A stretch of DNA of 64,000 nt from Brevibacterium luteolum. GTDB lineage: Bacteria > Actinomycetota > Actinomycetes > Actinomycetales > Brevibacteriaceae. Below the pieces are notes generated by a model. It was not told where the DNA came from. It was given only the letters and a program-made list of their open reading frames with translations, and did no database searches. The stretch's first letter is position 1. Each line of letters opens with the position of its first letter. The position numbers were made by a program, and so were the translations under genes. Of the stretch, positions 1-9,381 are shown piece by piece. The stretch is taken from assembly GCF_013004595.1 (NCBI RefSeq), contig NZ_JABEMC010000003.1, positions 1 to 64,000 on the forward strand. The letters run 5' to 3'.

Positions 1-28
1 CTGGGACGAATCATGCGATTCGTCCCAG
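1..28. terminator. Hairpin, probable terminator downstream of the S1 protease gene
   Basis: Perfect 12-bp inverted repeat CTGGGACGAATC-atgc-GATTCGTCCCAG, about 75 nt past the protease stop codon. Confidence 0.6.
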
Positions 29-104
29 CGCCCCGGGTCACCACACCCGTACCTTTGTGAGTAGCTGCCTCCGGTTCAGCCCTGCGGAGGCCCAGGGGGA
101 TCGA

Positions 105-1346
105 TCAGCGGTGGCCGTAGCGCAGACCGTAGTAGTTCAGCGCATCCTGCACCGGCTGGAAGTAGGAGGAGCCTCCCATGTATCCGCCGTTGAAGCCGCA
201 GCGCTGGTTCGACGGTCCGCCGGAGGTCATTCCGACTGCGTATCCGCCGGCGGTGTAAGCGCCGCCGGAGTCACCGGGAGCGGTGCACACCGAGGAGGTG
301 CCGAGACCGGAGACCTGGGCCACCGAGCGGCCCTGGTTGTCGGAGTAGTTGACCGAGGCGTTGTAGCCGGTGACTTTGCCGCAGGTGACACCCGAGGTTG
401 CGCCGGTGCGGCACATGTCGGTGCCGACCGGAGCCTGCCAGGCCCCGCGATCGGCGTTGGTGATGCCGAAGTCCGAGCCGTAGGTGTTGACGCTCGTGCT
501 CACCGAGTTGCCGGCGTTGACGTAGATCGCTCCGATGTCGCGGTCGGGCTTGCCGTCGTAGGACTTGAAGGCGGTGGCTGCGAAGGTGCCGAAGGTGCTG
601 CCGCCGACGGAGAAGTTCTGCTGACCTTCGACGCAGTGACCGGCCCAGATCATGACCTTGGTGCCGGCGGTGGTCGAGGCCGGGAAACCAGCCGAGCAGT
701 AGCTGCCGGGCACGGAGACCTTGTCGCCGCCGCGGGCGGTGGTGTGCAGGATATTGCGCTCGCCTTCGACGACGGTGACGGCGTCACCGTACTCGGCGGC
801 CTTGTCGAGCACAGCGGACTTCGCATCGGCGTCGGAGACGGTAATGACGACGCGGTCGTCGATGATCTCCGGGGCGATCGAGGCGATGGCCGAACGGTCT
901 CCATCGACCGAGTTGAGGGCATCAACGATCTCGTTGAGCTTGCTCTCGCCGTGCTGCGGGTCGCGGACCTCCAGACCCTTCGCCTCAGCGGCCTTGGCCT
1001 CTGTCGAACCGGCGGCTGCCTGGACAACGAGCCCATTGTCCTCATTGAAGAATGCGCCGTCGAAGTCGTTGCCCTTCTGCGAGAGCTCGTAGAGTTCGTT
1101 GTTCTGCTCGGCCTGGGCCTCGACGTACTCGCGCTGTTCGCTGAGAGTGCGGCCTGAGGACTCGGCCATGATCTTCAGCTCTTTGTCGCTGAAGACCGGG
1201 TTGACCTTCTGCGCCTCCGGGCTTTCCTGGATGGCGGTGTCTGCCGTCTTGAGCGGTGCCGGGCCGGCTGCCGCGGGCAGTGCAGTTCCCACGCCGGTGA
1301 AGGCGAGTGCTCCAATCAGCACAGCGTGGACCAAGTGTCGTTTCAC
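105..1346 (-). CDS. Secreted S1-family (alpha-lytic/streptogrisin-like) serine protease with signal peptide and pro-domain
   Basis: GTG start at 1346 after an AGAGGAGAG RBS; signal peptide KRHLVHAVLIGALAFTGVGTALPAAA; triad motifs WAGHC, DRDIG, GDSGG; CRTGATSGVTCG typical of streptogrisins. Confidence 0.93.
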   Translation of the reverse strand: MKRHLVHAVLIGALAFTGVGTALPAAAGPAPLKTADTAIQESPEAQKVNPVFSDKELKIMAESSGRTLSEQREYVEAQAEQNNELYELSQKGNDFDGAFFNEDNGLVVQAAAGSTEAKAAEAKGLEVRDPQHGESKLNEIVDALNSVDGDRSAIASIAPEIIDDRVVITVSDADAKSAVLDKAAEYGDAVTVVEGERNILHTTARGGDKVSVPGSYCSAGFPASTTAGTKVMIWAGHCVEGQQNFSVGGSTFGTFAATAFKSYDGKPDRDIGAIYVNAGNSVSTSVNTYGSDFGITNADRGAWQAPVGTDMCRTGATSGVTCGKVTGYNASVNYSDNQGRSVAQVSGLGTSSVCTAPGDSGGAYTAGGYAVGMTSGGPSNQRCGFNGGYMGGSSYFQPVQDALNYYGLRYGHR

Positions 1347-1564
1347 TGTTCTCTCCTCTGAGATGACCAATTTGGTGCGTCTAACCTTTGCAACACCCAA
1401 GGTGCCGCGCTATTGGACCTTGGTGCCGTGAGCTAAGCCGAAAGGGGTAGCTATGCGCGGGTCGGAATGCCTTTTGGGTTCAGCTGAGAGGGAGCGTATG
1501 TTGCAGCTTTGCTCAGAATCCGCCGTTTCCACACAGGGCGCGGTCATCATGTTCGGTCTATGAG

Positions 1565-1582
1565 ATACGACGAAAGTCGTAT
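1565..1582. promoter_or_regulatory. Perfect inverted repeat ATACGAC-gaaa-GTCGTAT, candidate NarL-family response regulator operator
   Basis: 7-4-7 palindrome centred about 44 nt upstream of ATG 1618; its core matches the CGAC-N4-GTCG pattern of corynebacterial ChrA boxes; a -10-like CATGAT lies at 1605-1610. Confidence 0.7.
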
Positions 1583-1617
1583 TGGCTCAGGTCACGCGAA
1601 CGGGCATGATAGGGGTC

Positions 1618-1782
1618 ATGAAGAAATCACTCGGCCTGACGCTCGCGGCAGCTGTCATGCTGTCGTTCGGCACTGTTGCTCCTGCTGCGGCTGTGCAGGC
1701 AAAGCCCTCACCTGATTACCCGAATATCTGCCTGGTGTGGAAAGTCAAGATGCTCTGCTCGAACGTGAAGCCGAACGGTTAA
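1618..1782 (+). CDS. Small secreted peptide (54 aa; Sec signal plus about 29-aa mature part with C-x8-C), putative signalling peptide
   Basis: MKKSLGLTLAAAVMLSFGTVAPAAA|VQAKPSPDYPNICLVWKVKMLCSNVKPNG: classic n/h/c signal regions, AxA cleavage site, GC3-biased codons, ATG 7 nt after a -10-like hexamer. Confidence 0.75.
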   Translation: MKKSLGLTLAAAVMLSFGTVAPAAAVQAKPSPDYPNICLVWKVKMLCSNVKPNG

Positions 1783-1883
1783 CGCCGAAGAGTCTTCTTC
1801 GTCGTGCGCCTGCTAGTCACACGGCCGGTGCGCGGCTTTCCGAGTGTCCGAAGATGGCCGTAGCGAAGTAGTACCATCAACGA

Positions 1884-3188
1884 ATGGCTGACGTACGGGA
1901 GAACCTGCCCTTGATTCGTCGCTTGAGTTCGCGCACCCAACTCGGGCAATTCGGTGTCCCTGTTCTGCTGGCGCTCCTGCTCGTGGGGCTGGGGATCATG
2001 GATGCGACCCAGGTTGAGGCCGCTGAGTTCCCGTTCATCCCGCTTTCCCTGCTTGGCATCGGCATGCTGACGATCCCATTTTCACCGTGGATCATGGTGG
2101 CCACTGTGGGTTTTGCAGGTGCCTACCTCATCGTCACGGACACAACGTTCCTGGGAATCGCCAGCCTGCTTCTGCCGGTCGTCGTTGCCTATTTCGTCGC
2201 TCGCGGTCTCGTCAAACACGCATTCGCGCTCGGCATCGTGTTCCTTGTGGCCGTCATGGCCCCAGGAGTCCGCAGTTACGACGCCTCAGTTTTTGTGTCC
2301 TCGTTGGTGTTCTGGACCATCATTCTCGTTTTGGCTCTCGGTGCTGGTGGATTTATTCGGTTCCTGCTTCGGCGCGAGGAAGCAGCCGTCGAACAGAACC
2401 AGAAGGCGCTTGATGAGCTCAGCGACCAGCTTTCGCGTGACCTCCATGACTCGGTCGGGGGAGTGCTGACGCGCGTTTCTCTGCTAGCCCAGCAGGCGCG
2501 CGCGAGTGGTGGGGACAAGGCGGCTGAGAATCTCGATCTCATCGTCGCCGAAACCCATGCCGCCAGCAGTGAAGTCCGTCTGCTGCTTCGGCGTCTCCGA
2601 GACGTCGACGACATGATCCGCGGCGACGGCGCAGCCGAGCCTGGGTCTGACGTCCCGCGTCCGGCCAAGAAGCCTTCGGCAGCTGCACGCGCCAGCGATC
2701 CTGTCATCGCGCATGGCCCCATGACGGTTCGCCAGCTGTTGCGGTCCTACTCCGACCGGCTGCGGGTCTACGGCTTCGCTGTCGAGAGCGCTGTCGAACC
2801 GCAGGCGTCCGAAGCCCTGGAGCAGTACGTGCGGCTGCTCGGCCGACTGCTGGACGAGAGCATCCTGAATACGATCAAGTACGCCTCGCCGGATGAGCCG
2901 GTGCACGCGGTCTTCACGCGGTCGGAAACGCACGTCAAAGTCGTGCTCAGCAACACCGAATCTCCCGAGGGCAATCCGAACCCTGCCGACAGCTCGGGTC
3001 TGGGCTTGGCAAATTTGGCCCGCGATATTGAGGCTGCAGGGGGTATCCTGACTACTGGCCGGTTGACACCGCCGGTCGTCGAAGGCGCTGAGGCCACGGA
3101 ATCGCAGTGGCAGCTCTGCGTCGAACTCCCCGCAGCACCAGCCGGGCAGCCCACGCCCCACACGGAGGTACCGAGTGACAATCGTTGA
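1884..3188 (+). CDS. Membrane sensor histidine kinase (HisKA_3/NarX-like)
   Basis: About 5 N-terminal hydrophobic segments; H-box SRDLHDSVG; N-box ESILNTIKYA; G-box SSGLGLANL. Confidence 0.92.
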   Translation: MADVRENLPLIRRLSSRTQLGQFGVPVLLALLLVGLGIMDATQVEAAEFPFIPLSLLGIGMLTIPFSPWIMVATVGFAGAYLIVTDTTFLGIASLLLPVVVAYFVARGLVKHAFALGIVFLVAVMAPGVRSYDASVFVSSLVFWTIILVLALGAGGFIRFLLRREEAAVEQNQKALDELSDQLSRDLHDSVGGVLTRVSLLAQQARASGGDKAAENLDLIVAETHAASSEVRLLLRRLRDVDDMIRGDGAAEPGSDVPRPAKKPSAAARASDPVIAHGPMTVRQLLRSYSDRLRVYGFAVESAVEPQASEALEQYVRLLGRLLDESILNTIKYASPDEPVHAVFTRSETHVKVVLSNTESPEGNPNPADSSGLGLANLARDIEAAGGILTTGRLTPPVVEGAEATESQWQLCVELPAAPAGQPTPHTEVPSDNR

Positions 3189-3882
3189 GCCCTACGACCG
3201 CATCAGGGTCATCGTCACCGATGACGATGCTTTCACTCGAGACGCCATCGCCGAACTGCTCGGCAACGACGCCGCCATCAGCGTTGACTCCACATTCTCT
3301 GACGGAGCAGAGATGCTCGCCGCCGTCGAACCGCTCGGCCGCGAAGCTGTCAAGAACATCGATGTCATCCTCTGCGACATCTCGATGCCCGAGGTCGGCG
3401 GCATCGAGGCGACCCGCCGCCTGCGTGCCGCCGGCGTACGCGTGCCGATCATCCTGCTGACGTCCTTCGACAGCGAAGAGAACCTCATCCAGGCGCTTGC
3501 CGCAGGTGCCAACGGCTACCTCATCAAGACTGCCGATGTCGTGCAGATCCGCTCGGCGATCGACGCCGTGCTCAGCGGCACCGCCGTCATCTCCCCGGAC
3601 GCCGCAGGCTTCGGCGCCACCATCACCCACGAGCCGGCAGCCTCTGCCAACCCGGCAGAGGAGATGGCCCAGCTCGGCCTGACCGACCGTGAGGAGGGCG
3701 TGCTCTACCTGCTCTGCCAGGGACTGTCGAACCACGAGATCGCACGCAAACTCGACATCCGCGAAGGCACCGTGAAGGTTCACGTCACCTCGATCATGCG
3801 CAAGTTCAACGTCCGGTCCCGGCTCGAACTCGTCGTCGAGGCTTTCAACTCGGGAATCGTCTCACCCGAAGGGGTGCACTGA
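3175..3882 (+). CDS. NarL/LuxR-family DNA-binding response regulator
   Basis: Receiver motifs VTDDD, LCDISMP, LLTSF, GYLIK; LuxR HTH LTDREEGVL...GLSNHEIARKL...TVKVHV; overlaps the kinase stop. Confidence 0.95.
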   Translation: MTIVEPYDRIRVIVTDDDAFTRDAIAELLGNDAAISVDSTFSDGAEMLAAVEPLGREAVKNIDVILCDISMPEVGGIEATRRLRAAGVRVPIILLTSFDSEENLIQALAAGANGYLIKTADVVQIRSAIDAVLSGTAVISPDAAGFGATITHEPAASANPAEEMAQLGLTDREEGVLYLLCQGLSNHEIARKLDIREGTVKVHVTSIMRKFNVRSRLELVVEAFNSGIVSPEGVH

Positions 3883-4020
3883 GCTTCTTCGAGTGCAGGG
3901 CACGGGCTTGCGGGCCCCTATAATGGTGTGTTGGGTCAGAGCCCGTGAAAGGTGCGCGGAGACTTCGCCCGCCTGTGCTCCCACCGGGGCGCGGGCCGCA
4001 CACAATTCTTGAGGATGTTG

Positions 4021-5925
4021 ATGACAGAACACACCGCACGCCGCCTCGATCGCCGCAATATCGCGATCGTCGCCCACGTTGACCACGGCAAGACGACCCT
4101 GGTCGATGCGATGCTCAAACAGACCGGAGCGTTCGGCGACCACGGTGAAGTGCAGGACCGCGTCATGGACTCCGGTGACCTGGAGCGCGAGAAGGGCATC
4201 ACGATCCTGGCGAAGAACACCGCCGTGCGCTATTCAGGACCGTCGGCCACCGACGGCCCGCTGACCATCAACGTCATCGACACCCCCGGCCACGCCGACT
4301 TCGGCGGTGAGGTCGAACGCGGCCTGTCCATGGTCGACGGTGTCGTGCTGCTAGTCGACGCCTCGGAAGGACCGCTGCCGCAGACCCGGTTCGTGCTGCG
4401 CAAGGCGCTGGCGGCGAACCTGCCCGTCATCATCGTCATCAACAAGACCGACCGCGCCGATGCCCGCATCGCCGAAGTCGTCGACGAAGCCCAGGACCTG
4501 CTGCTGGGCCTGGCCAGCGACCTGGCAGAAGAACAGCCTGACCTCGACGTCGACGCCGTGCTCGACGTGCCCGTCGTCTACGCAGCCGCCAAGGTCGCCC
4601 GCGCCTCCCTGCGCCGGCCCGCCGACGGCGATGTGCCGGACAACGACGATCTCGAACCGCTGTTCGCCACCATCCTGGAGCACATCCCGGCACCCGCCTA
4701 TAACGACGACGGAGTGCTGCAGGCACACGTCACCAACCTCGACGCCTCGCCGTTCCTCGGCCGCCTGGCACTGCTGCGCATCTACGGCGGCACCCTGAAG
4801 AAGGGTCAGCAGGTCGCCTGGGCCCGCGGCAGCGGCGACATCGGCCAGGCCAAGATCACCGAGCTGCTCGAGACCAAGGGTCTCCAGCGCGTCCCGGCCG
4901 AGGAGGCCTCAGCGGGTGACATCGTCGCCATTGCCGGCATTCCCGACATCATGATCGGCGACACCATCACCGATCTGGAGGATCCGCGCCCGATGCCGGC
5001 GATCGAGATCGACGAACCGGCGATCTCGATGACCGTCGGCATCAACACTTCGCCGCTGGCTGGCCGCGAGAAGGGCACCAAAGTCACCGCCCGTATGGTC
5101 AAGGACCGACTCGACTCCGAACTCGTCGGCAACGTCTCCCTGCGCGTGCTGCCCACCGAGCGCCCCGACACCTGGGAAGTCCAGGGCCGAGGCGAACTCG
5201 CCTTGGCCGTTCTGGTCGAGCAGATGCGCCGCGAGGGCTTCGAGCTCACCGTCGGCAAGCCGCAGGTCGTGACTCAGGAGATCGACGGCGTCCTGCACGA
5301 ACCGGTCGAGCAGATGACGATCGACGCGCCCGAGGAGCACCTGGGGGCGATCACCCAGCTCATGGCCTCCCGCAAGGGCCAGATGGAATCGATCAGCAAC
5401 CACGGCACCGGCTGGGTGCGCATGGAATTCCGGGTCCCGGCCCGCGGCCTCATCGGCTTCCGCACCCGGTTCCTCACCGAGACCCGCGGCACCGGCATCG
5501 CCAACTCGCTGTCAGCCGGCCTCATGCCGTGGGCGGGGGAGATCACCTTCCGCACCACCGGCTCGCTGGTCGCCGACCGGGCCGGTTCGGTGACCCCGTA
5601 CGCAATGCTCAACCTGCAGGATCGCGGCAGCTTCTTCGTCGAGCCGACCTCCGAGGTCTACGAAGGCCAGGTCGTCGGTGAGAACTCCCGCAATGAGGAC
5701 ATGGACGTCAACGTCACCAAGGAGAAGAAGCTGACGAACATGCGCTCAGCTTCGGCGGACACCTTTGAGAACCTCACCCCGCCGCGGGCACTGACCCTGG
5801 AGGAGAGCCTCGAGTTCGCCAACGACGACGAGTGCGTCGAAGTCACGCCAACCCACGTGCGCATCCGCAAGGTCGTGCTCGACCAGAAGGAGCGTCACAA
5901 GATCACCAGCCGCAAGAAGAACTGA
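4021..5925 (+). CDS. typA: Translational GTPase TypA/BipA
   Basis: [45 protein letters not shown]-terminal [12 protein letters not shown] motifs. Confidence 0.97.
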   Translation: MTEHTARRLDRRNIAIVAHVDHGKTTLVDAMLKQTGAFGDHGEVQDRVMDSGDLEREKGITILAKNTAVRYSGPSATDGPLTINVIDTPGHADFGGEVERGLSMVDGVVLLVDASEGPLPQTRFVLRKALAANLPVIIVINKTDRADARIAEVVDEAQDLLLGLASDLAEEQPDLDVDAVLDVPVVYAAAKVARASLRRPADGDVPDNDDLEPLFATILEHIPAPAYNDDGVLQAHVTNLDASPFLGRLALLRIYGGTLKKGQQVAWARGSGDIGQAKITELLETKGLQRVPAEEASAGDIVAIAGIPDIMIGDTITDLEDPRPMPAIEIDEPAISMTVGINTSPLAGREKGTKVTARMVKDRLDSELVGNVSLRVLPTERPDTWEVQGRGELALAVLVEQMRREGFELTVGKPQVVTQEIDGVLHEPVEQMTIDAPEEHLGAITQLMASRKGQMESISNHGTGWVRMEFRVPARGLIGFRTRFLTETRGTGIANSLSAGLMPWAGEITFRTTGSLVADRAGSVTPYAMLNLQDRGSFFVEPTSEVYEGQVVGENSRNEDMDVNVTKEKKLTNMRSASADTFENLTPPRALTLEESLEFANDDECVEVTPTHVRIRKVVLDQKERHKITSRKKN

Positions 5926-5932
5926 TCACTGC

Positions 5933-7447
5933 ATGAGTGCCACCCAGACCCTTCCCGCAGCACAGGCGCGCGTCCTCTTCGTCCACGCCCACCCCGATGA
6001 CGAGTCGATCATGACCGGTGGGACGATGGCCGCACTTGCCGCCTCCGGCGCCCACGTCGCCCTCGTCACCGCCACCCGCGGTGAGGGCGGTGAGGTGATC
6101 GGCGAGCTGCGGGAACGGCTGGAGGGCAACCGGGCCGAACTAGCATCTCACCGGGAGCAGGAGCTCGCCCGCGCACTCGAGATCCTCGGGGTCAGCGACC
6201 ATGCCTTCCTGGGCGACGGTGAGCGCGGGGGAGCAGATGAGCGTCTGCCTTCCCGCCGGTTCGAGGACTCCGGGATGGCCTGGGGTCCTGACGGTCACGC
6301 TGTGGCACCGGATGACATGGTGCCCGAGGCGCTGTGCGCCGCCCCGGTGAGCGAAGCCGCCGGATACCTCGTCAACGTCATCCGCCGGGTGCGTCCGCAG
6401 CTCGTCATCACCTACTCCAGTGGTGGCGGCTACGGCCACCCCGACCATGTGCGGATGCACGAGGCGACGGTCGCCGCCTGCCAGCGGCTGGAGGGCACCG
6501 CTGACGAGGCGGCTGCACTGCTGTTCTTCGACACCCCTGCCGACGCGGCCGCCGACGCCTTCGACCCGCAGGCTCCCGGCTTCGAGCTCACCGGCTTCGC
6601 CCCGGCCGAATCGATCCCGACGATCGCCGCCGAGGCGCCGATCGCCGTCGCCCAGGACGTCGACGCCTTCATCGGCGCCAAGAGCCTGGCGATGGCAGCC
6701 CACCGCACCCAGATCACCGTGGCCGGGCAGTTCTTCGCACTGTCCAACGGGATCGGCCAGAAGGTCATGGATATCGAGTGCTACACCGACGCCGCCTACC
6801 CGGGCCCCGGACCGGCACCGTATGCACCGGTCGACAATGTCCTCGATGCCGTCATCGTGCCTGTTGAGACTCACGCCTACCCGACCCCGGCCGGCACCGG
6901 CACTGACGATGCGCACGCAGCCGCCGCCTCGGGCGCGGGTGGAGCAGCCGGTGCGGCGAGCACCGCCGGAACCGGAGCGGCGAGAGCTGCCGGAGCCAGA
7001 CCGGCGAGAGCTGCCGGAGCCGGAGCGGCGAGAGCTGACACTGAGTCTCCGGGGCGTCCGAAGACCAGCGCGGCAGCGATCATCCACGCGATCCTCGTCG
7101 GGCTGCTCATCGGCGTGCTCGGCTCCTTCCAGCACCTCAACGCGACCGCCTGGGAGCTCGGCGGCCAGCAGATCATCGCCCCGTGGGGCTTGGCGCTTGC
7201 GCTTGCGCTGAGCACAGCGGGCATGTGGCACATCGCCGCACTGTACCGGTCGACATCGCTCATGGTGCTGTGCGCGGCGATCATCTGCATGGTGTCGTTC
7301 CTCTTCACACAGCAGGGCCTGCTGCCCGGCGCCGACCTCATCGTCGCAGCCTATCTGCGCTCGATCGTCTGGCTCGTCGCACCGATGGGCATCGCCGCTG
7401 TGCTCGCGTTCACGCTGCCCTCGCTCAAGGCTCCCAAGCGGTCGTGA
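5933..7447 (+). CDS. mshB: Mycothiol GlcNAc-Ins deacetylase MshB (PIG-L family) fused to a C-terminal 4-TM membrane domain
   Basis: VHAHPDDES, TRGEGGE, DSGM, GGYGHPDH, AMAAHRTQI, FALSNG; position after typA; hydrophobic C-terminal ~125 aa. Confidence 0.85.
   Translation: MSATQTLPAAQARVLFVHAHPDDESIMTGGTMAALAASGAHVALVTATRGEGGEVIGELRERLEGNRAELASHREQELARALEILGVSDHAFLGDGERGGADERLPSRRFEDSGMAWGPDGHAVAPDDMVPEALCAAPVSEAAGYLVNVIRRVRPQLVITYSSGGGYGHPDHVRMHEATVAACQRLEGTADEAAALLFFDTPADAAADAFDPQAPGFELTGFAPAESIPTIAAEAPIAVAQDVDAFIGAKSLAMAAHRTQITVAGQFFALSNGIGQKVMDIECYTDAAYPGPGPAPYAPVDNVLDAVIVPVETHAYPTPAGTGTDDAHAAAASGAGGAAGAASTAGTGAARAAGARPARAAGAGAARADTESPGRPKTSAAAIIHAILVGLLIGVLGSFQHLNATAWELGGQQIIAPWGLALALALSTAGMWHIAALYRSTSLMVLCAAIICMVSFLFTQQGLLPGADLIVAAYLRSIVWLVAPMGIAAVLAFTLPSLKAPKRS
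6965..7036 (+). repeat. In-frame tandem repeat, 3 x 24 bp, in the MshB linker
   Basis: GCCGGAACCGGAGCGGCGAGAGCT / GCCGGAGCCAGACCGGCGAGAGCT / GCCGGAGCCGGAGCGGCGAGAGCT. Confidence 0.9.
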
Positions 7448-7596
7448 CACCGGCGGCCCGGCCGGCAGCCGAGCCCGAACTGTAGCAGGATTGTCACCCG
7501 GCAGTCGCAGGTGAGCGCAGTGCCACTGGCTATAGTTGGGAACGAACTCCCACCCGCTCCGGGCTGCTGCCCGGCCGACATTCGCGAAGTGACTTC

Positions 7597-9315
7597 ATGG
7601 CCTCTGACTCCACTTCGGCGCGCGGCCGCCGTACGACGACCATCGTCATCGTCGCCGCCGTCCTCGCCCTCGCCGCCGCCTATGTGGCAACGGCGTTCTT
7701 CGCCTCCAACGGCATGCCGCGTCACGCGCAGGTCGCCGGGATCGATATCGGCGGGCTGTCCAAGGCCGAGGCGAAGCAGACCCTCGAGGAGCAGCTCGCC
7801 CCGCGTGCCGAGGAGCCGATCGAGATCACCGCAGAGGACAATTCCGCGAAGATCGACCCGGCAGACGCCGGGATCGCCCTCGACACCCAGGCGACTGTCG
7901 ATCGCGGCGCCGGCTTCACCCTCAATCCGGTGCGCATCTACGAGCGCCTGTTCGACGCCAACGTCATCGACCCGGTCATCACTGTCGACGAGTCGAAGAA
8001 GTCCGTCATCGAGGAGGTCGGTGCGGAAATGTCGACCGAACCGGTCGATGCGACGCTCGCCTACGGCGAAGACGGCAAGCCGAAGGTCACCGACAGCAGC
8101 GACGGCACCATCGTGACCGCCGATGCGATGCGGGAGACGATCGATGCGTCCTGGCTGCGCGAAGACCCGCCACTGGCGGTGACTGCGCAGAAGAAGGAAG
8201 CCGACATCACCACCGCCGAGGCGGAGAAGGCCCGGACCGATATCGCCGAACCGGCCATCAGCAACGACATCACGGTCACCGCCGACCCCGGCGACCATGA
8301 GGATGTCCAGGGCGGGACGCTCACCGTCTCACCGGAGACCGTGTCGCAGACCCTGGCGTTCGAGCCCAAGGACAGCGACCTGACACCGGTCTTCGACGCC
8401 AAACGGCTCAAGCGGCTCGCGCTGGCCGAGAGCCCGCAAGTCGGCCAGGAGATGAAGAACGCCAGCTACGAGATCGTCGACGGCAAACCGAAGGTCGTGC
8501 CGAGTGAGAAGGGCATCTCCGTTGACGAGAAGGAATTCGCCGACGCTGTGCTGCCGGCGCTGACCTCCGATGACCGCACCGCCGAGGTGACGCTCACCGA
8601 GACCGATCCGGAGTTCTCGACTGAGGACGCCGAGAAGGCCGATATCGACACCGTCATCGCGAAGTTCGCCACCCCGTACAACTCCGAACCCAACCGCGAC
8701 ACCAACCTGCGGGTGGCCTCGAAGAAGGTCTCGGGCAGCGTACTGCTGCCCGGTGAGCAGTTCAGCCTCAACGAAACCCTGGGCAAGCGCACAGCCGCCA
8801 ACGGCTACAAGCCTGCCGGCGTCATCTCCGAAGGACAGATGAAGACCGACTTCGGCGGCGGTGTCTCCCAGGTGTCGACAACCCTGTTCAATGCCGCATT
8901 CTTCGCCGGTCTCGATCTCGATGAGCACCGTGCGCACTCCCGGTACATCTCCCGCTACCCGGAGGGTCGGGAGACGACCCTGGACTGGACGTCGATCGAC
9001 TTGAAGTTCACGAACAACACCGACAAACCGATGGTGCTTGACATGTACCTCAAGGGCGGCGAGGTCCACGCCCGCGTCTTCGGCGTCAAGACCGTCGACG
9101 TCGAAGCGGATGCCTCCAGCCGGTTCGCGTTCACTTCGCCGAGCACTGTGACCGAATCGGGCCCCTCCTGCTCACCGCAGTCACCGCGGGAAGGCTGGTC
9201 GATCACGATCTACCGCACGATCAAGGACCACTCGACCGGCAAGGTCGTGAAGAAGGACGACTTCACCACCGTCTACCGTCCGGTCAACCGTGTGCAGTGC
9301 AAGACGGACAGCTGA
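7597..9315 (+). CDS. Membrane-anchored VanW-domain protein with putative peptidoglycan-binding repeats
   Basis: N-terminal TM; RDTNLRVA, PGEQFSLNETLG, GGGVSQVSTTLFNAAFFAGL, HSRYISRYPEGRE, DLKFTNNT. Confidence 0.88.
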   Translation: MASDSTSARGRRTTTIVIVAAVLALAAAYVATAFFASNGMPRHAQVAGIDIGGLSKAEAKQTLEEQLAPRAEEPIEITAEDNSAKIDPADAGIALDTQATVDRGAGFTLNPVRIYERLFDANVIDPVITVDESKKSVIEEVGAEMSTEPVDATLAYGEDGKPKVTDSSDGTIVTADAMRETIDASWLREDPPLAVTAQKKEADITTAEAEKARTDIAEPAISNDITVTADPGDHEDVQGGTLTVSPETVSQTLAFEPKDSDLTPVFDAKRLKRLALAESPQVGQEMKNASYEIVDGKPKVVPSEKGISVDEKEFADAVLPALTSDDRTAEVTLTETDPEFSTEDAEKADIDTVIAKFATPYNSEPNRDTNLRVASKKVSGSVLLPGEQFSLNETLGKRTAANGYKPAGVISEGQMKTDFGGGVSQVSTTLFNAAFFAGLDLDEHRAHSRYISRYPEGRETTLDWTSIDLKFTNNTDKPMVLDMYLKGGEVHARVFGVKTVDVEADASSRFAFTSPSTVTESGPSCSPQSPREGWSITIYRTIKDHSTGKVVKKDDFTTVYRPVNRVQCKTDS

Positions 9316-9333
9316 ACGACCCTGAGCACAGCC

Positions 9334-9365
9334 GTGCCCGGCACCGGAATCACGGTGCCGGGCAC
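9334..9365. terminator. Bidirectional terminator-like hairpin between convergent genes
   Basis: GTGCCCGGCACCG-gaatca-CGGTGCCGGGCAC, 13-bp stem. Confidence 0.7.
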
Positions 9366-9381
9366 AGGCATGGTGAGCAGG

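Noticed and set aside
57..1157. 366-aa plus-strand ORF; likewise other long antisense ORFs such as 9547-10575, 26108-27340, 45666-47210, 48257-49948, 50078-51652 and 54725-56488
   Set aside because: They are shadows of well-supported genes on the opposite strand, expected in high-GC DNA, and carry no recognisable motifs
1618..1782. Peptide as a lanthipeptide or other RiPP precursor
   Set aside because: It has a Sec-type signal rather than a RiPP leader, and no modifying enzymes or peptidase-containing exporter are in the window
6965..7036. Repeats as a CRISPR array
   Set aside because: Head-to-tail in-frame 24-mers without spacers, inside a CDS, and no cas genes
7597..9315. VanW gene as evidence of vancomycin resistance
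   Set aside because: No vanHAX or vanRS; VanW-domain proteins are common cell-envelope proteins in actinobacteria
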